Notes under the pieces: generated by a model
What the model was told of the DNA's origin: nothing
The model's input: only the letters and a program-made list of their open reading frames with translations
Databases searched by the model: none
Shown here: positions 33,063 to 43,097 of the stretch, piece by piece
Numbering within the stretch: the first letter of the stretch is position 1
How the letters are laid out: each line of letters starts with the position of its first letter
Position numbers and translations under genes: made by a program
Assembly: GCA_963710605.1 (NCBI GenBank)
Contig: CAVQBA010000004.1
Span: 896,001-960,000, forward strand
DNA length: 64,000 nt
Direction of reading: 5' to 3'
Origin: an uncultured cyanobacterium
GTDB lineage: Bacteria; Cyanobacteriota; Cyanobacteriia; Cyanobacteriales; Cyanobacteriaceae

Positions 33063-34342
33063 TAACAGAATCTTTATTAGCTGATATTTTATCGGTTTCT
33101 AAAGCAACGATTGAAAAATGGAAAAAAAACAAAAAAATCACTCCAACAAGTAATGGTAAATATTCTTTAGAAACTTTAACTCATTTCCCTCAAATAAAAG
33201 CGATGTTAAATTCTTGTTGGGATGAAAAGCAAAAGATTGTACCTAAAAGAAATTATCAATCGATCGAACTTTTTGCAGGTGCAGGGGGTTTAGCAATCGG
33301 TTTAGAAAAAGCAGGTTTTCAAGCTGTAGCTTTAAATGAAATAGATAAAGATGCTTGTCAAACATTACGACATAATCGCCCTAATTGGAATGTTATTGAA
33401 AGTGATATTAGCCAAATAGATTTTTTAGGATACGAAAATATCGATTTATTATCGGGCGGTTTTCCTTGCCAAGCGTTTTCTTATGCTGGTAAATCTTTAG
33501 GGTTTGAAGATACTAGAGGCACATTATTTTTTGAATACGCTAGAGCAATAAAACAATTACAACCCAAAATATTTTTAGGCGAAAATGTCAGAGGATTATT
33601 AAATCACGATAATGGCAAAACACTGGAGGTAATCAAATCGGTTATAGAAGAATTAGGATACACATTAATTAATCCACAAGTATTAAAAGCTATTTTTTAT
33701 CGTGTGCCTCAAAAAAGAGAAAGATTGTTTTTAGTAGGTATCAGAAACGACTTAATCAAATATGCTCAGTTTACATGGCCCGAACCTTTTTCAAAAATAA
33801 TGACAGTAAAAGATGCTTTAAAAAAAGGGGAATTATACGATCGTGATTGTCCATTATCAGAAGGGCAAAGTTATCCTCAAAGAAAGAAAGAAATTTTGGC
33901 GATGATACCCGCAGGAGGATGTTGGATTGATTTACCAGATGATATTCAACGAGAATATATGCAAAAAAGTTATTTTCTTGGTGGTGGTAAAACAGGTATG
34001 GCGAGAAGATTGTCTTATGATAATCCTAGTTTGACTTTAACTTGTTCTCCTGCCCAAAAACAAACCGAAAGATGTCATCCTCAAGAAACTAGACCACTTA
34101 CAGTAAGAGAATACGCTCGTATTCAAACTTTTCCTGATCAATGGCAATTTATGGGTTCAATGACTAGTAAATACAAACAAATCGGTAATGCTGTACCTGT
34201 TAATTTAGCTTTAGCAGTAGGTAAAAGACTAATAGCTTTATTAAATTGTATCGAAGATAATAGACAAGTAGATTATTCTCAATCGACTAGTGTTTTAGAA
34301 GAGCAAAAATTAGTAAAGCAAACTAGTTTATTTGACCTTTAA
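33056..34342 (+). CDS. C5-cytosine DNA methyltransferase with N-terminal HTH (M.Eco47II/M.Sau96I-like); first ATG at 33203
   Basis: FAGAGG, GGFPCQ, ENV, QKRER, GGGKTG, SPAQKQTERCHP, GNAVP. Same frame is open upstream as ELVTESLLADILSVSKATIEKWKK (HTH-like). Confidence 0.9.
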   Translation, partial: ELVTESLLADILSVSKATIEKWKKNKKITPTSNGKYSLETLTHFPQIKAMLNSCWDEKQKIVPKRNYQSIELFAGAGGLAIGLEKAGFQAVALNEIDKDACQTLRHNRPNWNVIESDISQIDFLGYENIDLLSGGFPCQAFSYAGKSLGFEDTRGTLFFEYARAIKQLQPKIFLGENVRGLLNHDNGKTLEVIKSVIEELGYTLINPQVLKAIFYRVPQKRERLFLVGIRNDLIKYAQFTWPEPFSKIMTVKDALKKGELYDRDCPLSEGQSYPQRKKEILAMIPAGGCWIDLPDDIQREYMQKSYFLGGGKTGMARRLSYDNPSLTLTCSPAQKQTERCHPQETRPLTVREYARIQTFPDQWQFMGSMTSKYKQIGNAVPVNLALAVGKRLIALLNCIEDNRQVDYSQSTSVLEEQKLVKQTSLFDL

Positions 34343-34360
34343 TGCTTTGATATTTAAATA

Positions 34361-34901
34361 CGATCGAATTGGACACGATAAGGTACGTATTTTAAATGGT
34401 GGTCGCCAAAAATGGCAAATAGATGATTATCCTGTGACGACGGAAAAAACAGCGATCGAAAAGAGAGAATATCATGCTCAACCAGTAAATGAGAATTTAA
34501 GTATTTCTTTAGCTCAATTGCAGGAATCAAAGGAAAAAAATGATTGTGTCTTACTAGATGCACGCACACCGCAAGAATATCGTGGCGAAATGTTTATGAT
34601 GAAACCACCGACAGAAAACCAACGTGCGGGGCATATTCCAGGGGCGATAAATATTTATTACGAATTAGCTCACAATGATGATGGTACTTTTAAGTCTTTT
34701 CCTGAATTAAAGATGATTTACGATCGATTACAAAATAGCATCTCGGCAGGGCAACTGATTATTCCTTATTGTGCTGTAGGTGCTCGTTCGGGACACACTT
34801 GGTTTATCTTAAAATACTTGTTAGGTTATCCTGATGTCAAAAATTATGATGGTTCGTGGAATCAATGGAGTCGAATCCCTGAGTTAGCTGTAGAAAAGTA
34901 A
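34361..34901 (+). pseudogene. 5'-truncated sulfurtransferase (SseA/rhodanese), C-terminal domain only
   Basis: GHDKVRILNGG, LDARTPQEY, GHIPGA, YCAVGARS, NYDGSWNQW; most of the N-terminal rhodanese domain is missing. Confidence 0.8.
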
Positions 34902-35018
34902 TTGACAATAATTTAGACGATCGTTTATCAACTTCATCTAATACTGTAGATAAAGCGATTACAGCTCCTAAAAAATAATTTATGATTAAATATGTTGGAT
35001 TAAAGTTGACTGTTGAGA

Positions 35019-35258
35019 CTAAATCTTTTCATAAGCAGAGATAAAATCATCTCTTGGAATTCCTGATTGAGTGCAAATACTTCTTAAAGTTGATGCCTTA
35101 ATCTTTTTATGGTTAGGTATCGTTAAAGGAGTGATGCTTCCATCTTTATTGGTACGACTCATAGAAATATGTTCTCTTTCCCTAACAATGACAAAACCTA
35201 AAGATTCTAAAGTTTTAATCACTTTCTTTTTCGGTGCATCTACTGGGAATTTGGGCAT
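35019..35258 (-). CDS. hicA: HicA family toxin
   Basis: LESLGF..REREH..LTIPNH..STLRSI. Confidence 0.85.
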   Translation of the reverse strand: MPKFPVDAPKKKVIKTLESLGFVIVREREHISMSRTNKDGSITPLTIPNHKKIKASTLRSICTQSGIPRDDFISAYEKI

Positions 35259-35477
35259 TTAAACCGTTGCCTCCGCCACATAAGCCTCTAATACAGAGGA
35301 AGAAGTTTCTAAGACTTGTTCACCGAAAGTCTCAATATGAAAAGAAATTGCTGAGCGTACGTCATTCAATGCTTCTTCATACGTATCTCCTTGACCTACT
35401 ATTACACCTTCAATACCCAAAGGATAAGCAACATAACCGTCTAAATGTTTTTCGACTAATATTTTGATATTCTTCAT
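35259..35477 (-). CDS. hicB: Short HicB family antitoxin
   Basis: DGYVAYPLG..GQGDTYEEALNDVRSAI; likely start MKNIK at 35477; stop abuts the hicA ATG. Confidence 0.85.
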   Translation of the reverse strand: MKNIKILVEKHLDGYVAYPLGIEGVIVGQGDTYEEALNDVRSAISFHIETFGEQVLETSSSVLEAYVAEATV

Positions 35478-35610
35478 GATTGATATAGTTTGAGATAATA
35501 ATTTAAAACTAAATAAATTGTGCCAATACATCTAAGTTTTTTAAGTTAAGACAATTATACAATTTTTTAAATCGTAAAAAAACTCGAATAAACCTTTATT
35601 GGTAGGTTTG

Positions 35611-35800
35611 ATAGATATTTGTGAAGTTGGAATATTAGCTTGTGTTAGCCGAGTATATGCTTCTTTAGCTTGAAGACGATCGCTTAATACCGCAATTAAA
35701 TAATTCATCTATAAAATAATCCTGAAAATATAATGTCAGATATTACTTACTTTACTCATTACCAACTATCAAGATTACTGAATCAAGAATATTGTTAATT
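35611..35800. repeat. Direct repeat copy 2 carrying an orphan 5' fragment of the 31522..32037 gene
   Basis: Minus strand from 35708 reads MNYLIAVLSDRLQAKEAYTRLTQANIPTSQISI, then diverges. Confidence 0.85.
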
Positions 35801-35814
35801 ATGGATAAAGTCCA

Positions 35815-36411
35815 CTACTTCGGTACAATCATGACTATACGAGTTATTTCTTCATCTTGCTCTACACGCACAGCTAACTCTTCAGACCATATCTTATAGA
35901 TGTCAGTTGATGAATCTGATTTAGCTTCCCACTTTGACGCACCTGCATGAAAATCTATACCATCAATTGGACGAGCTAACCAACTAGGTTTTTCACCTTC
36001 GCACTTACTTGCCGCTCCAAGCAACTCTCCTGATTCATCAAAGATTTCAACAAAGTGACCAGCGTTATCATATCCATCTCCAGCTATACCAGAGATACCG
36101 ATTGCATAAGTATCATACTCTTCTACTTTGATTTTAAAAGCAAAAATATTAGTTAAACATTGTTGAGAAAACCATATGTGCCGATTAAAAGTGTCAATAA
36201 CTTGTTGAGGATGTGTTGTACTAATTTGTTCAATCTCTACCGAATCAAAATCAGCCTCACAGCCATACTCACCCCAGTCACCAGTAGTTACTAACTCAAC
36301 CCGACCAATTCTATTACTTGGCATAAAATACTCAAAACCATCTATTCCACATCCTTCTTTTTCAAGGCGATTTTCATAAAATTCTCGTACTAATTGTTTT
36401 TTACTGCTCAC
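35815..36411 (-). CDS. Hypothetical acidic protein
   Basis: 198-aa ORF, Asp/Glu-rich, no recognised family. Confidence 0.6.
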   Translation of the reverse strand: MSSKKQLVREFYENRLEKEGCGIDGFEYFMPSNRIGRVELVTTGDWGEYGCEADFDSVEIEQISTTHPQQVIDTFNRHIWFSQQCLTNIFAFKIKVEEYDTYAIGISGIAGDGYDNAGHFVEIFDESGELLGAASKCEGEKPSWLARPIDGIDFHAGASKWEAKSDSSTDIYKIWSEELAVRVEQDEEITRIVMIVPK

Positions 36412-36653
36412 TGCCGTTAACTAATAATTTAACTATTTGAATTTATTCTCGATCTGAAATACAAAAAAGAATGCTACAAATCAATAGTCGGTAAAATTGA
36501 GAAAAAGATTGATATGCAGGTAATCAAAATATTTTCTATCCGTAGCAAGTATTAAAGTATTTCATCTAACTATCAGCTAATTTTATCATTGTCTTAATCA
36601 AAAAAGGTGAGCATTGCCCACCTTAATACATTATTAACTTAATCTGCTATTGA

Positions 36654-38075
36654 TTAACTCGCTCGTTTATAAGCTTCATCTAAGACTTCTGACAAAGTAG
36701 GATGAGCATGAATATTAAAGGCTAAATTACTAACGACTTCACGACGGGCGATCGCATTAGCGGCTTCTTGAATTAAATCTGAAGCATGAATACCGATAAT
36801 ATGAACACCTAATAATTCTCCTGTATCTTTACGGAAAACAATTTTAGCGATACCATCAGTTTCTTTTTCAGCGAGTGCTTTAGAATTACCTTTAAAGTAA
36901 GTTTTAGCAGTACCTACAGTAAAACCTTCTTTTTCACCTAATTCTTTGGCTTGGGGTTCATTTAAGCCAACATAGCTAATTTCTGGGTGAGTAAAAGCGG
37001 CGGCTGGTATCGATCGATAATCAATTTCTTTATCTTGACCACACATATTTTCTACAGCCACAATACCTTGCCCTGAAGCGGCGTGGGCTAACATCATTTT
37101 GCCGTTAGCGTCGCCTACTGCCCAAAGATGAGGAACAGGTTTACCATCTTTGATAACTTGCATTTTATCGTTGACGGGAATGAAACCTCTTTCGGTTTCT
37201 ATACCGATGTTTTCTAAGCCGATATTTTTGGTTGCAGGTATTCTTCCTGTTGCTACCAGACAAGCATCTACTTCTAATACTTCAACTACTTCTTTGGTTT
37301 TAGCGTCAGTTAATTCGATCGTCACAGGATTACCGGGAATTACTTTAGTCGCAAACACACCTGTATAAGTTTCGATGTCACGATTTTTGATTAAAACTTT
37401 TTCGGCAATTTTGGCAATATCAGGGTCAAAAGTAGGCATGAGTTGATCAAAGGCTTCTACCATGGTAATTTCGCTACCAAGTGCGGTATAAACATCAGCA
37501 AACTCTAAACCGATATAACCACTACCAATAATAGCAACCCAATCAGGTAAAGATTCGAGTCTGACAGCTTGATCGCTAGTATAAACTGTTTTACCATCAA
37601 CTTCTATGCCTCTAGGTACAAAAGGTACAGAGCCAGGACAAAGCATTATCTCTTTAGCGGCAATAACTTTTTCACCATCATTGGTTAAAACTTCTACTTT
37701 TTGAGGAGCGATTATTTTACCCCAACCTTTGATGATATCAACTTTTAAACGACTTAGACTGTTAGTAAGATCGGATTGTATTTTACTGACCAAATCATTA
37801 GCATGATTGGCGATCGCTTTTCTTTCAAAAGAAACATTATTAATACTAACACCCATCGATTCTAAATGTTCAGTGCTAGAAAGCTCTCTTACTTTACCAG
37901 AAGCCGCTAACAATGCCTTAGAAGGAATACAACCACGATTAACGCAAGTGCCACCCATATCTTTAGCTTCAATGATGGCAGTTTTCAATCCATTTTTGAC
38001 AGCGTGTAAAGCCGCACCATGTCCACCAACACCAGCACCAACAATTACCAAATCGTAATCAAATTGTTCACTCAT
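36654..38075 (-). CDS. lpdA: Dihydrolipoyl dehydrogenase
   Basis: [33 protein letters not shown]. Confidence 0.97.
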   Translation of the reverse strand: MSEQFDYDLVIVGAGVGGHGAALHAVKNGLKTAIIEAKDMGGTCVNRGCIPSKALLAASGKVRELSSTEHLESMGVSINNVSFERKAIANHANDLVSKIQSDLTNSLSRLKVDIIKGWGKIIAPQKVEVLTNDGEKVIAAKEIMLCPGSVPFVPRGIEVDGKTVYTSDQAVRLESLPDWVAIIGSGYIGLEFADVYTALGSEITMVEAFDQLMPTFDPDIAKIAEKVLIKNRDIETYTGVFATKVIPGNPVTIELTDAKTKEVVEVLEVDACLVATGRIPATKNIGLENIGIETERGFIPVNDKMQVIKDGKPVPHLWAVGDANGKMMLAHAASGQGIVAVENMCGQDKEIDYRSIPAAAFTHPEISYVGLNEPQAKELGEKEGFTVGTAKTYFKGNSKALAEKETDGIAKIVFRKDTGELLGVHIIGIHASDLIQEAANAIARREVVSNLAFNIHAHPTLSEVLDEAYKRAS

Positions 38076-38217
38076 TATATTTTCTCTCTATTTTTTCTAA
38101 CTACATTTCGACTTGTGCTTAATGACCACCAAATTATCTTATTGTAAAAGGCAAAAGATACTTAGTATAATTATCAATATTGTCAATTGTCAATTGTCAA
38201 TTATCAATTGTCAATTA

Positions 38218-39528
38218 TCATTGTACGATTGGACTAACTTTATCAATAATTTCTAAACCTCCATCAGGCTTAACCTCCCAAACATCATAAATTCCGACAA
38301 CATCACCGTTATCATCAATATCAACATTACCACTCGCACCTTGATAATTAATTTGTTGACCATCACGTATCATTTCTAATGCTTCACAAGGATCAGTAAT
38401 TTCCGCACCATCGCCACCTGCTACCTCTTTAATTTTACTAGAAATTGCCTCTCCTGTGTTTTCACCTGCCGCTTGAGCGGCTAACATTAATAAGATAGTG
38501 GCATCCCATGTATGAGGAACAAAAGCCGTTAAATCACTACCATCAGTAGCATCCTTCCATAACTGGGTAAAATCAGCTAACGCCTCGCCATCAGCACCCG
38601 GCACTGTACCTAATGCACCTGAAATAATTGAATTACCATCAGCGGTTTTGCCCACTTGCTTAGTAAAATCTTCTGAGTAAACACCATCAGTTAAAAGAAT
38701 AGTGACATCTTTACTTAATCCTTGTTTGAAAGCCGCCTGTAAAAGTAAACTACCAGTTTCAGCATATAAAACACCTGCTACAGCTTGAGGATTACCACTA
38801 AAAGCGGCAGTAGCTTCACTATCTAATGTAGTTGCTTTAGGATCATATCTAACAGGTTGATTTTCATTGGTAATGTTTCCGCCTAAATCGACGAAAGATT
38901 TCACAAATTCTTGCTCGAATGCTACACCGTAATCATTATTAATCACCACTGTTGAAATGTTGTCAAATCCTCTAGTTTTAGCTAAGGCGGCTAATGCTTG
39001 AGCTTGATAAGTATCAGGTGGTGCAGTACGAGCCCAATAACCATCAAAATCACCATCGATCGCTCTTTGGGTAAAAACTGGACTTGTGCTACCAGGAGAG
39101 ATTAACATCACCTTGTTTCTCACTGCTACATCAAGGGCGGAAGTAGAAACACTACTGGCAAACGCCCCGACTACTCCTGCAACTTGATCAACTTCGGCTA
39201 ATTTTGTCATTGCCGCACTACCTGCAACGGGATCAGTTTGGCTATCTTCTTTAATTAAAGTTACAGGTTGCCCATTAACTCCACCACAAGCATTGATGGT
39301 ATCTACCGCTAATTGAACAGCTACAGGCATATTTTGACCGATCGAAGATAAATCTCCTGTAACGGGTAGTAATGCTCCTAATTTCAAGCTTTCTGGGCTT
39401 TCTTCACTACTACTGTCTGGAGTTTCTGAAGTGGTATCATCTCCTGTTGTGCCAAAAAGAGTACATCCTGTTAACCAATTCACACTGATTAATATTGTTA
39501 AAAATAGGGTTATTTTATTCTTTCTCAT
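38218..39528 (-). CDS. Amino-acid ABC transporter substrate-binding lipoprotein (LivJ/NatB-like)
   Basis: Lipobox LTGC, GALLPVTGDL, SPGSTS, RTAPPD, YQGASG. Confidence 0.88.
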   Translation of the reverse strand: MRKNKITLFLTILISVNWLTGCTLFGTTGDDTTSETPDSSSEESPESLKLGALLPVTGDLSSIGQNMPVAVQLAVDTINACGGVNGQPVTLIKEDSQTDPVAGSAAMTKLAEVDQVAGVVGAFASSVSTSALDVAVRNKVMLISPGSTSPVFTQRAIDGDFDGYWARTAPPDTYQAQALAALAKTRGFDNISTVVINNDYGVAFEQEFVKSFVDLGGNITNENQPVRYDPKATTLDSEATAAFSGNPQAVAGVLYAETGSLLLQAAFKQGLSKDVTILLTDGVYSEDFTKQVGKTADGNSIISGALGTVPGADGEALADFTQLWKDATDGSDLTAFVPHTWDATILLMLAAQAAGENTGEAISSKIKEVAGGDGAEITDPCEALEMIRDGQQINYQGASGNVDIDDNGDVVGIYDVWEVKPDGGLEIIDKVSPIVQ

Positions 39529-39666
39529 GCTTCTAATATCTATTATGTAGTTTAAAGTAAAATCATATCCTAATATTTCAAATTTGTTCTATTTTTTCAC
39601 TTTAACTACTGACAAAGTTGCAAAAGAAAAGTCCCCCAATTTAAATAAGAGTGAAAATAACTATTA

Positions 39667-39718
39667 CCCGTCTCGAACTGTCGTGCGAGGCTAGCAGTAT
39701 TCGTTCAATGAATTGACC
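39667..39718 (+). repeat. REP-like repeat, left arm of an inverted pair around the PEP-CTERM gene
   Basis: cccgtctcgaactgtcgtgcgaggctagcagtattcgttcaatgaattga matches the reverse complement of 40496..40548. Confidence 0.8.
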
Positions 39719-39899
39719 TAAAATATTAGCTATCTCATTTTAATTTTATTTTGCTACAGTTAGTTTTTACATAAGTGCTAAAAGGGCATTCTTCACCAAT
39801 AACTCAGCTACAGTTTTTCCTTCTATTATTAAAAACTTGTATATAAAAAAAAATTATGTATATTATATATATCTATTATTTTTTTCAATATAAAAAACT

Positions 39900-40413
39900 A
39901 TGAATAAATATTTAGCTGGTATAGTTACAACTAGTTCGATCGCTTTTGCAGGGATTATAATTGCACCCACAGAAGCAAAAGCAGTAACGATTACGTTAGA
40001 TGGAACGGATTATGAAGTAACGACCATACTAACAAGTTTCGATGATAACGAAACTTTACTAGAATCTCAGCCATGGTGGGGTAACGACACATTCGCTGAG
40101 TCAGCCGCAGAACAAGTTGGTCTCAATTTTGGCTTTACTAACGGGTTTGGAACCAGAAGGGAACGGACCATATTTTAGTTTTGAAGATTCGGGTTTAAGA
40201 AGAGGGTATTTCGCAGTTAACCGTCTTGGAGAAGTGCAAAGGATAGATTCAAGTACTACAGGGGGAGCAATTCCATCTATAAAAGAGAGTTATGCGATCG
40301 CAAATGAAGTACCACAACCAATACCAGAACCACTAACCATCTTAGGTACTATTACATTTGGTGGTTTTATGGTAGGGATGAAAAAACGTAAAAACCATTT
40401 GAATGCAGAATAA
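39900..40413 (+). pseudogene. PEP-CTERM protein split by a +1 frameshift near 40143-40148
   Basis: ORF 39900..40178 has the signal peptide and QPWWG; ORF 40117..40413 ends IPEPLTILG..KKRK. Confidence 0.8.
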
Positions 40414-40495
40414 ATGAAATGTAGAATGCAGAATAGATAGAATGTAAGTGCTTTAATTTATTTTTGATTTTAATATTTATTTTATTTGTCTTACA

Positions 40496-40548
40496 GTTCA
40501 ATTTATTGAACGAATTCACGTTAGCCTTGCACGACAGTTAAAGGCGGG
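40496..40548 (-). repeat. REP-like repeat, right arm
   Basis: Reverse complement is cccgcctttaactgtcgtgcaaggctaacgtgaattcgttcaataaattgaac. Confidence 0.8.
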
Positions 40549-40689
40549 ATAAATACGAAGTGAAATTTTTGTAGATAGATCAACTCCCCCTGTATGCCAG
40601 TCCACAAGGGGGACATTTGTTTCTAGGCTTTTTCATCACTACTATTGATAAACTCTTATATTCATACCGCCCTCATACTTCATCCTTGA

Positions 40690-41082
40690 TTAAGATTCGA
40701 CTTCATCTATACGTAAAAGTTTACGATAAAACTTCTGAGCAAAATCTGCTTGACGAGACTTTTGGAATTGTTTAATTAAAGTAATAAGATAACCAATAAA
40801 ATCTGAATTAGATAAATTTACTTCATAACTCAACTCTGCTTGACTGTTGAATTGAATTCGACAACGGGTTTTTTCGTAGGGTAACTTAGATTTTGAGACA
40901 TACCAAGTAGCTAAAAAACTTATTTCTTCTTGCCCTTCAATAATTCTTCCTCCTTCTAGATACCCTTGTTGGTACAAACTCAAAGCATAAGGTAAAATTT
41001 GTTGTTGCTCTTTAGAGTAAAAGGGAAGATACATCTTGGTATCGTCTTTATGGGCTGGTTGTAGTTTTTCAATATTGGACAT
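40690..41082 (-). CDS. ebsA: Type IV pilus/biofilm protein EbsA
   Basis: IEKLQPA..YLPFY..LPYALSLYQQGYLEGGRIIEG..FYRKLL. Confidence 0.75.
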   Translation of the reverse strand: MSNIEKLQPAHKDDTKMYLPFYSKEQQQILPYALSLYQQGYLEGGRIIEGQEEISFLATWYVSKSKLPYEKTRCRIQFNSQAELSYEVNLSNSDFIGYLITLIKQFQKSRQADFAQKFYRKLLRIDEVES

Positions 41083-41250
41083 TGTTGGGTCAATATTAAT
41101 ATTTGGATTATCTTTGTTTAAATTTTAACTTAATCATGGGAAAGTTTAACATAAATAATAGTTGATAGCCTTAACAGTTAAAAGTTAAAAGTTAAAAGTT
41201 AAAAGTTATGAGCTGTAATATTAATTGTTGATTATTCGTTTTTCATTGTA

Positions 41251-42267
41251 ATGACTTCTATGCAATCAAATTTATCTGTTTCCTATCCTTTAATTAGTGT
41301 CGCTCCGATGATGGATTATACCGATCGACATTTTCGTTATGTTATCCGTCAGATGACTAAAAAAGCTTTACTTTATACTGAGATGATTACCACTCAGGCA
41401 ATTATACATGGCGATCGTCATAAGTTATTAGATTTTTCACCGGAAGAGAAACCCGTCGCTTTACAACTAGGAGGCGATAACCCTGAAGATTTAGCCCTTT
41501 GTGCCAAAATTGGTGAAGACTGGGGTTACGACGAAATCAACCTTAATATTGGTTGCCCTAGTGCGAGGGTACAAAATGGCAATTTTGGGGCTTGTTTAAT
41601 GGCAGAACCTGAAAAAGTTGCTCAATGCACAGAAGCGATGCAAAGTCAAGTTAATATTCCTGTGACGGTTAAGCATCGTATCGGGATTGACAATCAAGAT
41701 CGATATGAAGACATGACACGCTTTGTTGAGATAGTTTCAAATGCAGGTTGTCAACGTTTTATTGTTCATGCACGTAAGGCATGGTTACAAGGATTAAGCC
41801 CTAAACAAAATAGAGACGTACCTCCTTTACGTTACTCGGATGTTTATCAGCTTAAACAAGATTATCCCCATCTAAATATTGAGATTAATGGTGGTATTGT
41901 TGATTTATCTCAAGCTCAAACCCATTTACAATTTGTCGATGGGGTGATGATTGGTAGGGCGGCTTATGATAATCCTTATATTTTCGCTTCAATTGATCAA
42001 CAAATATACGGTGAAGATACACCTATTTTAACTAGAGAAGAAATAGTGCGATCGCTTTATCCTTACATTGACTTTTGGGCTAGTCGTCATGTAAAGTTAA
42101 ACACGATTATGAGACATCTGTTACAAATTTTTGCAAGGCAAGCAGGAAGTAGAGTATGGAAAAGATATTTATCTGAAAATGGTAATGGTTTTAATCTCGG
42201 CTCAGAAGTAGTCGAAGAAGCTCTTAAAGCAAGACACGAAGCACATTTATCTTACTCTATTCGGTAG
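41251..42267 (+). CDS. dusA: tRNA dihydrouridine(20/20a) synthase
   Basis: APMMDYTDRHFR, NIGCPS, HARKAWLQGLSPKQNR. Confidence 0.95.
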   Translation: MTSMQSNLSVSYPLISVAPMMDYTDRHFRYVIRQMTKKALLYTEMITTQAIIHGDRHKLLDFSPEEKPVALQLGGDNPEDLALCAKIGEDWGYDEINLNIGCPSARVQNGNFGACLMAEPEKVAQCTEAMQSQVNIPVTVKHRIGIDNQDRYEDMTRFVEIVSNAGCQRFIVHARKAWLQGLSPKQNRDVPPLRYSDVYQLKQDYPHLNIEINGGIVDLSQAQTHLQFVDGVMIGRAAYDNPYIFASIDQQIYGEDTPILTREEIVRSLYPYIDFWASRHVKLNTIMRHLLQIFARQAGSRVWKRYLSENGNGFNLGSEVVEEALKARHEAHLSYSIR

Positions 42268-42347
42268 TTGATTGTAATTCTAACATCTTTTAAATCGCTC
42301 ATTAATCAATTTATCCGACGATTACTAATTATAATCTTTTAATAGAT

Positions 42348-43097
42348 ATGAGAATACAAGATCCCCGTCGCAAAAGAGAATTAACTAAACTACTAGAACA
42401 ATTGGGGATTGAGAATATTACCTCAGTCAAATGGGATTTATTAGATATTGCTTTAACTCATCAAAGTGTTTCTTCTAAATACAACTACGAGCAGTTAGAA
42501 TTTGTCGGTGATTCTGTAGTCCGTCTAGCTTGTGCCGAATTATTATTAGAAGTGTATCCTGAACTTCCTGTGGGTGATTTTGCCGCTATTCGATCGATTT
42601 TAGTTAGTGATATGTTTTTAGCTGAAATAGCCAGAGAATATGGATTTGAAAGATATTTACTGATGAGTACGGGGGTAAAAAACGATCGTGGTGGTAAAGC
42701 TTCTCGTTTAGCTGATGCTTTTGAAGCAGTTTTAGGTGCTTTATACGAAAGTACCAAAGATATGAGTTTAGTACGTCCTTGGCTCGATCCTATTTTACAA
42801 GAAAAGGCAGTTCAAGTAAAAGCTGACCCGACACGTCAAAATTATAAAGATGCTTTACAAGAATGGAGTCAAAGAGAATATAAAATGTTACCCATTTATA
42901 AGGTTAGTCAAAACAAAAATCCCGAAAATAATAACCGTCACGATCGTTTTATCGCTCAAGTTTGGTTAGTTGATAATTTTTTAGGAGAAGGAAAAGGGGC
43001 AAGTAAAAAAGCCTCCGAACAAGCGGCGGCTAAAGAAGCTTACGATAAAATTCAAGCTAATTCTTTACTAATCTTTTTCGATAATACCGCCACCTAA
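42348..43097 (+). CDS. rnc: Ribonuclease III
   Basis: [21 protein letters not shown], dsRBD. Confidence 0.95.
   Translation: MRIQDPRRKRELTKLLEQLGIENITSVKWDLLDIALTHQSVSSKYNYEQLEFVGDSVVRLACAELLLEVYPELPVGDFAAIRSILVSDMFLAEIAREYGFERYLLMSTGVKNDRGGKASRLADAFEAVLGALYESTKDMSLVRPWLDPILQEKAVQVKADPTRQNYKDALQEWSQREYKMLPIYKVSQNKNPENNNRHDRFIAQVWLVDNFLGEGKGASKKASEQAAAKEAYDKIQANSLLIFFDNTAT

Noticed and set aside
41251-42267. dusA-associated integrative element
   Set aside because: No integrase and no duplicated dusA 5' end nearby.
43068-43097. Convergent 3' overlaps (rnc/mnmA, cbiO/remA)
   Set aside because: Short convergent overlaps are common in compact genomes.
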